Part shown: piece by piece, positions 19,024-26,616 of the stretch | Layout: each line of letters begins with the position of its first letter | Position numbering within the stretch: position 1 is the stretch's first letter | Source of the DNA: a virus | Lineage: Duplodnaviria; Caudoviricetes | DNA: 38,043 nt | Strand: one strand, 5' to 3' | IMG/VR virus record: IMGVR_UViG_3300005573_000174 | Coordinates: 1-38,043 of that record | Made by a program: the position numbers and the translations under genes | Notes under the pieces: generated by a model | What the model was told of the DNA's origin: nothing | Seen by the model: the letters and a program-made list of their open reading frames with translations, nothing else | The model's database searches: none

Positions 19024-19254
19024 ATGGACAAGATTTTCGAGTGGGTTTTGGGCATAACCACCTCCATCCTGTTTTTCTTGATTGGACTGATTTACCGCCA
19101 TCAGATAAAAGCCCTTGACGAAAAGGTGGAATCTATGCTATGTGATGAAAAGCATCGGGAGATTGGGCGGAGGTTGGAGAGGCTAGAGGATAAGGCTGAC
19201 CAGACTTTGGCGAGTTTGAACCGAATTGAGGGCAGGCTCAAGGAAAACAAATGA
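19024..19254 (+). CDS. Holin/antiholin-like membrane protein (1 TM plus coiled coil)
   Basis: GGAGG then ATG at 19024; MDKIFEWVLGITTSILFFLIGLIY TM; directly upstream of the amidase. Confidence 0.6.
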   Translation: MDKIFEWVLGITTSILFFLIGLIYRHQIKALDEKVESMLCDEKHREIGRRLERLEDKADQTLASLNRIEGRLKENK

Positions 19255-19781
19255 AGACAATAATTATCGACCCAGGACATGGAGGAGACGACCCGGGGGC
19301 AACGGGTAATCTCGCCTCTACGGTCATTAAGGAAAAAGACCTCAACTTGAAGATAGGCCTCCTGACTAAGAGCTTCCTCATTGATGCCAACTATGATGTA
19401 TACATGACTCGATACATAGACACCTGGGTTTCGCTTAGCGCACGGGCCAAGCTAAGCAATGAGCATCATGCCGATTTTTTCCTGTCTATTCACTGCGATG
19501 CCGACCCGGAGAAAAAGGGGAGGGGCTTTACAGTTTATTATTTTTCGGAGAAGGGTCGCGAGTGGGCAGAGAAATTAGCAAGCGGCCTGGCAGGACTCCC
19601 TCTTCACAATCGCGGAATCGCGTTTGGCAACTTCCAGGTGTTGCGGGAGACCAAGTGCCCGGCGATTTTGCTTGAGTGTGGATTTATGACCAACGGGGAA
19701 GACCTGACCTGGCTCTCTCGGGCGACAAACCAGATGGCCCTGGCTAGGGCCATTACCAACGCGATAAAGAAATTTTTATGA
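19251..19781 (+). CDS. Endolysin, N-acetylmuramoyl-L-alanine amidase (Amidase_3)
   Basis: IIDPGHGGDDPGA, EKDLNL, FLSIHCD and PAILLECGF zinc-amidase motifs. Confidence 0.95.
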   Translation: MKTIIIDPGHGGDDPGATGNLASTVIKEKDLNLKIGLLTKSFLIDANYDVYMTRYIDTWVSLSARAKLSNEHHADFFLSIHCDADPEKKGRGFTVYYFSEKGREWAEKLASGLAGLPLHNRGIAFGNFQVLRETKCPAILLECGFMTNGEDLTWLSRATNQMALARAITNAIKKFL

Positions 19782-20023
19782 AAATGGAAGGGAATTCCCA
19801 GGAAGAACGGAAACGGGGCAAGGTTCAAGAGAAAAAGCTCCTGATGGTGATGTTTCTCTGGCTTTGCCTGGTCTATTTTGTGAAAGAGGACGCGCCTCGC
19901 GAATTCCTCCAGAGCTGTGTGTGGGCATTCTCGGTCTTGACCTTTGCCACTTTTTTTATGCGAGAAATAATGAAGCCCGGAGGCAACCTGGGAGAGATTC
20001 TGAAAAGTTGGCTAAAAAAATAG
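19778..20023 (+). CDS. Putative holin (2 TM)
   Basis: Two hydrophobic segments, basic C-terminus, M-K-M dual-start-like N-terminus; coupled to the amidase stop. Confidence 0.55.
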   Translation: MKMEGNSQEERKRGKVQEKKLLMVMFLWLCLVYFVKEDAPREFLQSCVWAFSVLTFATFFMREIMKPGGNLGEILKSWLKK

Positions 20024-20052
20024 TTGACAAACGAAATCTTCTTTGATATAAT
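20024..20052 (+). promoter_or_regulatory. Consensus sigma70 promoter
   Basis: TTGACA-17 nt-TATAAT with extended -10 TG. Confidence 0.85.
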
Positions 20053-20072
20053 CTAGGATAGGAGATAAATTT

Positions 20073-20196
20073 GGAAAAAGAGGGTGGTGAAAAGTTTTTC
20101 CCAAAATCCGGCGGCGGGGTCTGGGTTTCTGGGCGCAACCGCCCCCCTCGGTTGGCCTATTGCCCCTCTCCCTCTTTTCCCAGGCCCCTCGCCGGA
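20073..20196 (+). ncRNA. Structured 5' leader candidate
   Basis: Stems 20107-20125/20179-20196, 20131-35/20161-65 and 20136-41/20149-54, plus a crossing pairing 20076-84/20170-78. Confidence 0.4.
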
Positions 20197-20204
20197 AAAT
20201 TAAA

Positions 20205-20543
20205 ATGAGATTCAAAGAAGTTTGTGAAGCGGAACTCCGCAAGGGACAGAAAAGGCACGGGACTGATTTTTCTGCCGAGGCAATTTCTGCGCGAGGCGAA
20301 TCTGTTTATGGTTGCATCCAGAAAGAGGCCGCCGGAATATGGCTCTACGCCTCACTGCTTGGCTGGCGTGGTCTCTGGCTTCGCTTTTTGGCACGGCTCA
20401 TTTTTCTTCTAACTACCCCTCTTTTCCCAACCAGGGCATTCATTCGGAATACCGGCACGGCCAACTGGCACACCTTTCGGGAAATACCGGCGTGGAAGGC
20501 GCGATTCATATGTGCTTATTACAAAATAAAAAAAATTTTGTAG
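20205..20543 (+). CDS. Hypothetical protein
   Basis: Probable ATG at 20205; first gene behind the 20024 promoter. Confidence 0.55.
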   Translation: MRFKEVCEAELRKGQKRHGTDFSAEAISARGESVYGCIQKEAAGIWLYASLLGWRGLWLRFLARLIFLLTTPLFPTRAFIRNTGTANWHTFREIPAWKARFICAYYKIKKIL

Positions 20544-20552
20544 GAGGTGAAT

Positions 20553-20834
20553 ATGAAAATTTTCTTATTCAGTAAGCCAGATTGCCCGGGTTGTGTCCGA
20601 GCAAAAACAAACTTGAGACAGCTTGGCGTCAAGTTCGAGGAGGTTGACGCTAGCAATGGCGGGATGCCCCTGGCGAGACATTATGGTATTCGTGGAGTCC
20701 CGTCCTTGATTCTCCAGCGGCGCGGGGAAGGACGGGAAAATGAATGGTTGCATATAGATGCCGGGCTGTCAAGTGAAAAACTTGAAAAGAGGCTAAGAGA
20801 GGCGGGGGTGGCTTTTGAAAAAATTTGTAGTTGA
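20553..20834 (+). CDS. Glutaredoxin/NrdH-like thioredoxin-fold protein
   Basis: CPGC active site and GIRGVP cis-Pro motif; GGAGG RBS. Confidence 0.9.
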   Translation: MKIFLFSKPDCPGCVRAKTNLRQLGVKFEEVDASNGGMPLARHYGIRGVPSLILQRRGEGRENEWLHIDAGLSSEKLEKRLREAGVAFEKICS

Positions 20835-21117
20835 CAACAATACGCCCCGTTCTACAGGGGCGGAACCGTTGATGGTTTCCAGGATAAGGAGTCTCCTGGA
20901 TGCCATGCCACCGGGCCGCCTCATCACCATGCGCGGGTTGGCAGGCAGGCTGGGCTGCTCGGTTTTCACTATTTGGAAGTATTCGGCAGACCCCAGATTG
21001 TCAAACCACAAGACTTACGCAGTCCTGAACCGGCAACGGCTAGTGCTTTTCGCTAACCAGAAAACTATCAGCGACTTCAAAAAAGAGCAGGGGGAAAATG
21101 GCAAACGAAGAGATTAA
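20815..21117 (+). CDS. Putative HTH DNA-binding protein
   Basis: ITMRGLAGRLGCSVFTIWKY resembles a helix-turn-helix. Confidence 0.5.
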   Translation: MKKFVVDNNTPRSTGAEPLMVSRIRSLLDAMPPGRLITMRGLAGRLGCSVFTIWKYSADPRLSNHKTYAVLNRQRLVLFANQKTISDFKKEQGENGKRRD

Positions 21118-21949
21118 CCTGGAAGACCTAATCCACCACGAAACCAATGTTGACAAGGAAATTCGGCGACTGCAAAAACAGATTGCAGAGTTTACCAAAA
21201 ACCGCCGCAAATACCAGATTGTTTACGCTCAAAACCGGACGATAAAATTCGGGCTTATTGGTGATACGCAACTTGGCAGCCTCTACGAGCGACTGGACGC
21301 GCTTGATAATTTTTACCGGTTTTGCGCACACGAATCAGTTCGCGATGTATTCCACTGTGGTGATGTCCTGGATGGTTGGCGCGTCTATCGCGGCCAGGAA
21401 TTCGAGCTTTATGCTATTGGTTATGCGGCACAGAAAAAGGTCTTTCGGGAAAAATACCCCAAAATAAAGGGCATCACCACTCATTTTATCACTGGCAACC
21501 ACGACGCCAGTCTGAAAAAACTTGCCGGAGTGGATGTTGGACACGACCTAGAAAAAGAGCGTCCTGATTTTCACTTTCTTGGTGAAGACTATGCGGAGAT
21601 GGTTTTGCGCAACTGTGCCGGGTTTTCCTATAAAATCGCCCTGGTCCATCCGGACGGTGGCACGGCTTACGCGCTTTCCTACCATCCCCAGAAATATATC
21701 GAGTCTCTTGCAGGCGGGACCAAGCCAAACCTGGTGGCATTTGGGCATTACCACAAAGCCGAGCTGATTCCCGAATATAGAAATGTGGTTGGCATCCAGG
21801 TCGGGACTTTTCAGAGCCAGACCCCATTCATGAAACGGCGGGGAGTCGCAGCTCATATCGGAGGCTGGATAGTCGAGGTTATGCCCGAGGGACGGCTTAC
21901 GAGCAGGGTGCGCGCCGAATGGGTTAGTTTTTATGAACCACAAAACTAG
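21098..21949 (+). CDS. Calcineurin-like metallophosphoesterase
   Basis: GDTQ, HCGDVLDG, GNHD, H and GHYH metal-binding motifs. Confidence 0.9.
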   Translation: MANEEINLEDLIHHETNVDKEIRRLQKQIAEFTKNRRKYQIVYAQNRTIKFGLIGDTQLGSLYERLDALDNFYRFCAHESVRDVFHCGDVLDGWRVYRGQEFELYAIGYAAQKKVFREKYPKIKGITTHFITGNHDASLKKLAGVDVGHDLEKERPDFHFLGEDYAEMVLRNCAGFSYKIALVHPDGGTAYALSYHPQKYIESLAGGTKPNLVAFGHYHKAELIPEYRNVVGIQVGTFQSQTPFMKRRGVAAHIGGWIVEVMPEGRLTSRVRAEWVSFYEPQN

Positions 21950-21958
21950 GAGAGAAAA

Positions 21959-22573
21959 ATGAATCTCAAAAAATTGACAATCATTACAGGCGGGATAATT
22001 ATCCTAATTCTGCTGTCTTCCTTTGTGGCGTGGATAAACGACTTGAGCAGGTCTAATCGCTTGCTTGAGGGCGAAAAAATTCGGCTGGAAAAAGAGGTGT
22101 CTAACGCCAAAAAGGAAAACGACCAGCTAAAAAAATCTCTGAACGAAGCCAACAAAGTCGTTGTTGTTTACAAACCTCGTCCTGGTCATGCCGAGCCAAT
22201 TAAACCCGAAAATTTATCCCTACAAGCGAGTGATTCAGCGGAAACCTGGCATTTTAAATACCCACCTGGGGTTCTCTCTGCAGATACGCTCATTGCCCGG
22301 GCATCCGCACCATGGAAAAAGACTGCCGAGGATTGCCTAAAAGCCAAGAGAGAGTCTCCCCGGTTTTTCAGGAAGGCCCAAAAGTTTGACTTTCTGGCAG
22401 GAGTGGGATTTTCATTTTACAAAGGCCAACTTGTATATTCCCCCATTGAATTCGGTGGCACGAAATTCAGCGTAGCCCCATTCATATCCGGGGATGTCCG
22501 CTTTAATCAAATGGGGGGAATTACCGGAAGCGCCTGGGGTGGATTGAAAATATCTACCTCCTTGGGCAGGTAA
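21959..22573 (+). CDS. Membrane-anchored coiled-coil protein, spanin-like candidate
   Basis: N-terminal TM, coiled coil, C-terminal Gly/aromatic amphipathic strands. Confidence 0.5.
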   Translation: MNLKKLTIITGGIIILILLSSFVAWINDLSRSNRLLEGEKIRLEKEVSNAKKENDQLKKSLNEANKVVVVYKPRPGHAEPIKPENLSLQASDSAETWHFKYPPGVLSADTLIARASAPWKKTAEDCLKAKRESPRFFRKAQKFDFLAGVGFSFYKGQLVYSPIEFGGTKFSVAPFISGDVRFNQMGGITGSAWGGLKISTSLGR

Positions 22574-22590
22574 TTTTTTCCAGAAAAAAA

Positions 22591-22605
22591 TTCGCATAGT
22601 GCGAA
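22591..22605. promoter_or_regulatory. Palindrome upstream of the sigma54-like promoter (candidate activator or operator site)
   Basis: TTCGCA-TAG-TGCGAA, flanked by AATTTTT(T)CCA direct repeats. Confidence 0.45.
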
Positions 22606-22648
22606 AATTTTTCCAAAAAGATGGGGAGTTGTAAACCAGCCACCATCA

Positions 22649-22661
22649 TAACTATTTGATA
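22649..22661 (-). promoter_or_regulatory. IHF binding site
   Basis: Minus strand TATCAAATAGTTA matches WATCAANNNNTTR exactly; adjacent AT tract. Confidence 0.55.
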
Positions 22662-22688
22662 ATTATATTTAATTTATTTTGTTTGTTT

Positions 22689-22705
22689 TTGGCATAAATT
22701 TCGCA
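22689..22705 (+). promoter_or_regulatory. Sigma54-type -24/-12 promoter for the replication operon
   Basis: TTGGCATAAATTTCGCA, GG-N10-GC; about 33 bp before the ATG at 22738. Confidence 0.55.
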
Positions 22706-22737
22706 AGATATGGGCATTAGGAAAGTGAGGTGGGATA

Positions 22738-22983
22738 ATGAAAAAGAAAATAACTTGGCCGGATGTTGAACGGCTCGGAGTTTCTGCGTCCCTGCGCAAA
22801 TACCGAGCAATGATTTCCGAGAACCAGCACACCACGGCAAAACTTTATGGCGTATCCCCTAAAGCCTACTGCAATTGGGAAGAGGAAAAGACCAAGCCCA
22901 GCTTGTCGAGCCAACGGAAAATTTTAGCATACTGGATTAAGGTGGGGTTCAACCCGGAAACGGGGGAAGAATTATGCAGATAA
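22738..22983 (+). CDS. Cro/XRE-like HTH regulator
   Basis: NQHTTAKLYGVSPKAYCNWEEEKTKPS fits the XRE HTH pattern. Confidence 0.75.
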   Translation: MKKKITWPDVERLGVSASLRKYRAMISENQHTTAKLYGVSPKAYCNWEEEKTKPSLSSQRKILAYWIKVGFNPETGEELCR

Positions 22984-23972
22984 AAAAGGCGCAATTTAAT
23001 CTCCCGTTTTTGAAAATTGCTCTTATGGGCCAGGCGGGGGCTGGAAAAACACTCACCGCATTGAAGCTGGCAGATGGGTTGAAGGGTGAAAAACGCATCC
23101 TGGTCATCGACACCGACCCCATACCCGGCTCGGAGGCTTACGCCTTACCGCAGGGCAAGTTCGATTTCGATATATTTAGGCCGGAGTCTGTTTCAGATTT
23201 GATTGACGCCATTCCCGAAATTGACCTCAATAAATACGGTGTTTTGGTGCTGGACACAATTACATGGGTCTGGCGTAAAGTCCAGGACGCGGACAGCCTC
23301 AAGCGCACATCTATCGGAAAGCCACAATTCGGGGAGTGGCAATTCATTAAGAGAACCTATCGGGATGTTCTTATGCCCCTTGCCACTATGCCTATCCATG
23401 CTATTATCACAGGAAGAGAGGGGAAAGAATATGCGCAAAGCACAAACGACAAGGGCCAGCAGGAATTGACACAAGTGGGTGTGAGGATGTTGGCAGAAGC
23501 CGAAACGCCTTATGAGTTCAATCTTTGGATTGCGCTCAAGCAAGTCAGGCAGAGTTTGGACGAGCGGGTGCCACAAACCCATCTCGCGGAAATCCTGCGC
23601 GATAGAACTGGTATTCTAAGCGGGCAGATATTCGAGAACCTGGATATTGACGACCTGAAGCCTATAATTCAGGTTTTAACCAGGGGTGGGGTGGGGGAGA
23701 TAGTTAATGAGACAGATGAGGCGATAAAAAATCTGGAAATTTTCGAGAGAGATAAAGTTAAACTTGAAAAGGCCGAACAGAAAAGCGCGGCTCTCCGCAT
23801 GGAGTTTGAGGCAAAATTTTATAAAGCAAAGAGTCTTGACGAGCTGGCCGAATATGGGCTGCAATTAGGGAAGTCAAGCAGGTCCTTGACCGAAAAAGAC
23901 CGAGAGGTGCTGAAAAACCTTTATGAGGTTCTGATGACTTCTCTCAAAAACGAGAAGGAGGGTGTTAAATGA
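22974..23972 (+). CDS. Sak4-like AAA ATPase (ssDNA annealing/recombination)
   Basis: Walker A GQAGAGKT, VIDTD, Walker B LVLDTIT; adjacent to a DUF669-like SSB. Confidence 0.8.
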   Translation: MQIKKAQFNLPFLKIALMGQAGAGKTLTALKLADGLKGEKRILVIDTDPIPGSEAYALPQGKFDFDIFRPESVSDLIDAIPEIDLNKYGVLVLDTITWVWRKVQDADSLKRTSIGKPQFGEWQFIKRTYRDVLMPLATMPIHAIITGREGKEYAQSTNDKGQQELTQVGVRMLAEAETPYEFNLWIALKQVRQSLDERVPQTHLAEILRDRTGILSGQIFENLDIDDLKPIIQVLTRGGVGEIVNETDEAIKNLEIFERDKVKLEKAEQKSAALRMEFEAKFYKAKSLDELAEYGLQLGKSSRSLTEKDREVLKNLYEVLMTSLKNEKEGVK

Positions 23973-24394
23973 CTCCAATTTTTGAAGGCCGGGTAATTGA
24001 CGACAGTAAGCCGTCTAATTTTCTTCTCCTACCTGATGGTGAATATCGCGTGAAAATTTTGGAAATTTTGCCCAAGCCTACCAGGGCAGGGGACGAGATG
24101 TGGCGGGTAAAATATGAGGTATTGGGGAAAGGGAAAATCATCTATGACAATGTTGTCTGGAGCGAAAGGGGTGCAGCTGGTAAAAGGCTGAAACAATTCC
24201 TTAAATGCTTTGGCTTGTATCATGAGGAAAAATTTGAATATAAACCCTTTATGTTTATGGGCAAGGAAGCGACTGTTTTTCTGACGAGCGAGGTTTCTCA
24301 ACAGGGCAAGTGGGCGGGGAAAACCTTTAACAAGATTCCTTTTGACGGCTATTACACCTATTCAAGGGAGAAGGATGAAGATATTCCTTTTTAA
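23969..24394 (+). CDS. DUF669-like single-stranded DNA-binding protein
   Basis: LLPDGEYRVKI N-terminal motif and acidic DEDIPF tail. Confidence 0.8.
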   Translation: MTPIFEGRVIDDSKPSNFLLLPDGEYRVKILEILPKPTRAGDEMWRVKYEVLGKGKIIYDNVVWSERGAAGKRLKQFLKCFGLYHEEKFEYKPFMFMGKEATVFLTSEVSQQGKWAGKTFNKIPFDGYYTYSREKDEDIPF

Positions 24395-24418
24395 GAAAAA
24401 TAGCCAGATGTCGGCAAT

Positions 24419-24489
24419 GCTCCCTGGGGTAGCGGGTTTTCCATCCGCATTGGGCGGACGGTCCTCCTTTTACCGCTACCCTGGGGGGC
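24419..24489 (+). other. Long intergenic hairpin
   Basis: CTCCCT-GGGGTAGCGG pairs with CCGCTACCCT-GGGGGG; inner TCCGC/GCGGA stem. Confidence 0.55.
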
Positions 24490-24507
24490 TTAAAGAAGGA
24501 GAGGGAT

Positions 24508-25002
24508 ATGTGGAAAGATATTTTTGGCGTGTCTCATGAGGAAGAGTCCGACTATCGCACCCGCTACGGACTAGGTGAGGAAAAAAAGTCTAGCAAGGCA
24601 TACCCACCGCCAACGATACCATTCAAAAGCATTTATGCTTTTCTTCTGTCGCACGAAGGCTGTAGTGGGCTAAATGACCTAGCTAAAGCATTCCAAAAGT
24701 CTCCAAGAAAAATCAGGAAGCTAATTCAAGAGGAAATCAATAATGGGGCGTTAATAGGCTCCCGCTCTGACCAGGGTGGTGGATACTTCGCCATTACAAC
24801 AGAGGAGCAGCTCGGGGTGGCAACAGCTGAACTCCGGAGCCGGGCTAGAGAGCTTTTTGCCAGGGCAGACGCCCTGGAGAAAAATTGGCGCAAAAACAAT
24901 TACCCTGACGATAATAACCCCAAACTGTTTGTTAGCAGCTTTTTTCCTCGCACGAACCTTGTTGATTATGTGAAGAAAATTCTGGGGGCGAAAAATGCAT
25001 AG
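24508..25002 (+). CDS. Winged-HTH-like phage protein
   Basis: LAKAFQKSPRKIRKLI...IGS...GGYF pattern; RBS present. Confidence 0.65.
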   Translation: MWKDIFGVSHEEESDYRTRYGLGEEKKSSKAYPPPTIPFKSIYAFLLSHEGCSGLNDLAKAFQKSPRKIRKLIQEEINNGALIGSRSDQGGGYFAITTEEQLGVATAELRSRARELFARADALEKNWRKNNYPDDNNPKLFVSSFFPRTNLVDYVKKILGAKNA

Positions 25003-26059
25003 GGATGTTGACAGCCGGATTTGGGGAGACCAAAAGTTCAGAAAGCTTAGCCATTCTGGGAAATTGGTCTGGTTCTATCTCCTAACTGGGCCTCAAACAA
25101 TGTCTCTGCCAGGTATTTTTGAGGCTGGAGAGGCGCGAATGGCCGAAGACCTGGAAATGACCCTTGAATTATTCAGGGAGTCGTTCCGTGAGGTATTTCA
25201 GCTTGGCCTGGTTATGGTTGATTGGAAGGCCCGCGTGGTGGTGATTCCGAACGCTCCAAAGTATAACCCGCCACACAACCCCAACATCTTAAAATCCTGG
25301 GCTAAGCAGTTCGATGTCATCCCGGAGTGTGAGCTGAAAAATAAATATTATCAAATACTTAAATCATTTATAGAATCATTAGGGGAATCATTTGCCAAAT
25401 CATTCCGGGAATCATTCCCGAAACCAACCCCGAATCATTCCCAAAACCAACCTGAAATCATTCCCGAAACCATCCCGGAATCATTCCCGAAACCAACCCC
25501 GAATCATTCCCCAAACCAACTCGAAACCATTCCCGAAACCATCCCGGAATCATTTCCTATTGGTCCCAATCCCAATCCAGGTCCCAATCCTGGTCCAGGT
25601 CCCAATCCTGGTCCAGGTCCCAATCCTGGTCCAGGTCCCAATCCCAATCCAGGTCCCAATCCTGGTCCAGGTCCCAATCCCAATCCCAGTCTTAAAAGAC
25701 ATGCGCTGGACAAGCCAGCGCGTGTGCAAAAAACCAATCCAGATATAAAAATCTTCATTGACTATTTCTTCCAGGAGTATCAAAAATTCTTTGGGCGAAA
25801 ATATGTGGTCGCGAACGGGAAAGATGGAGAGGCGGTTAAGCGTGCTCTTCAAACCCTAACCCTTGATGAGCTTAAATCAATGCTTCCTGAATTTTTCAAC
25901 GACCCGCTTGACTGGATGGGTGAAAAACCCAACCGGACAATTTCGGTTTTTGTCAGCCAAATAAATCGCTACGGGCTTAACAACGAAAAAATCAGCGCAA
26001 AAACCAGGCAACAATTACAGGGACTTGCGGATTGGTATGCCAAAGGAGAGAAAAAATGA
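24995..26059 (+). CDS. Replication initiator (replisome organiser)
   Basis: IWGDQKFRKLS..KLVWFYLLT N-terminus; internal iterons; followed by a loader-like gene. Confidence 0.8.
   Translation: MHRDVDSRIWGDQKFRKLSHSGKLVWFYLLTGPQTMSLPGIFEAGEARMAEDLEMTLELFRESFREVFQLGLVMVDWKARVVVIPNAPKYNPPHNPNILKSWAKQFDVIPECELKNKYYQILKSFIESLGESFAKSFRESFPKPTPNHSQNQPEIIPETIPESFPKPTPNHSPNQLETIPETIPESFPIGPNPNPGPNPGPGPNPGPGPNPGPGPNPNPGPNPGPGPNPNPSLKRHALDKPARVQKTNPDIKIFIDYFFQEYQKFFGRKYVVANGKDGEAVKRALQTLTLDELKSMLPEFFNDPLDWMGEKPNRTISVFVSQINRYGLNNEKISAKTRQQLQGLADWYAKGEKK
25362..25554. repeat. Iteron array, probable replication origin
   Basis: AATCATT at 25362, 25374, 25386, 25398, 25410, 25433, 25456, 25479, 25502, 25525 (AACCATT) and 25548: 12-bp then 23-bp period. 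Confidence 0.75.
25562..25688 (+). repeat. 18-bp tandem repeat encoding a GPNP(N/G)P linker
   Basis: ggtcccaatcc(c/t)(aat/ggt)cca repeated about 7 times. Confidence 0.9.
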
Positions 26060-26616
26060 CACGCGCGGAGTTTGCAGAAATATTTGCGGAACTTTGTGTG
26101 GCCTTTGGTGTATCCCCCAGTGTTGAGCAGACAGAACTTTATTTCAAGTTTTTGTCTCGCTTCCCCCTTGACCAGTTCCGGTCGGCTGTTCATAGAGTTA
26201 TCGAGACCGAAAAGGGATATGGTCGCCTGCCAGAAATATCAGTTATACTGAAACAATTCCAACCTTCTCTCCATAGCCTAGCCCTAAACAAATGGGCACG
26301 GGTTTTGGAGTTAAGAGAGCATTCAATAGCACATGAGCAGGATTATGACCCGGAAATCGGAACTATATTTCATACACCATTAGAAGTAAAAAACGACCCA
26401 TTGCTAGACAAGGCAATACGCGTCTGTGGTGGGTGGCAGAAGTTTTGTTCAATAACACTGGATAAATTTGACCAAAAGACTTTTATCGATTCAATTTGTT
26501 CGTCTCTGGAAACAGAACCAGATAAGTGGAGTCTTCTTGCGCCCACAACCAAAACATTTTGCCCACCAGAGAAATCGTTGCCTACAAGCCTTAAAAAAGA
26601 TGGGGGGGTAAAATGA
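26056..26616 (+). CDS. Putative helicase loader/inhibitor (lambda-P-like position)
   Basis: MTRAEFAEIFAEL...LPEISVI...DKAIRVCGGW pattern; ATGA-coupled to the initiator. Confidence 0.6.
   Translation: MTRAEFAEIFAELCVAFGVSPSVEQTELYFKFLSRFPLDQFRSAVHRVIETEKGYGRLPEISVILKQFQPSLHSLALNKWARVLELREHSIAHEQDYDPEIGTIFHTPLEVKNDPLLDKAIRVCGGWQKFCSITLDKFDQKTFIDSICSSLETEPDKWSLLAPTTKTFCPPEKSLPTSLKKDGGVK

Noticed and set aside
25362-25688. CRISPR array or collagen-like repeat
   Set aside because: No unique spacers; the repeats lie in frame within the initiator gene; the peptide has an X-Pro period of 2, not Gly-X-Y.
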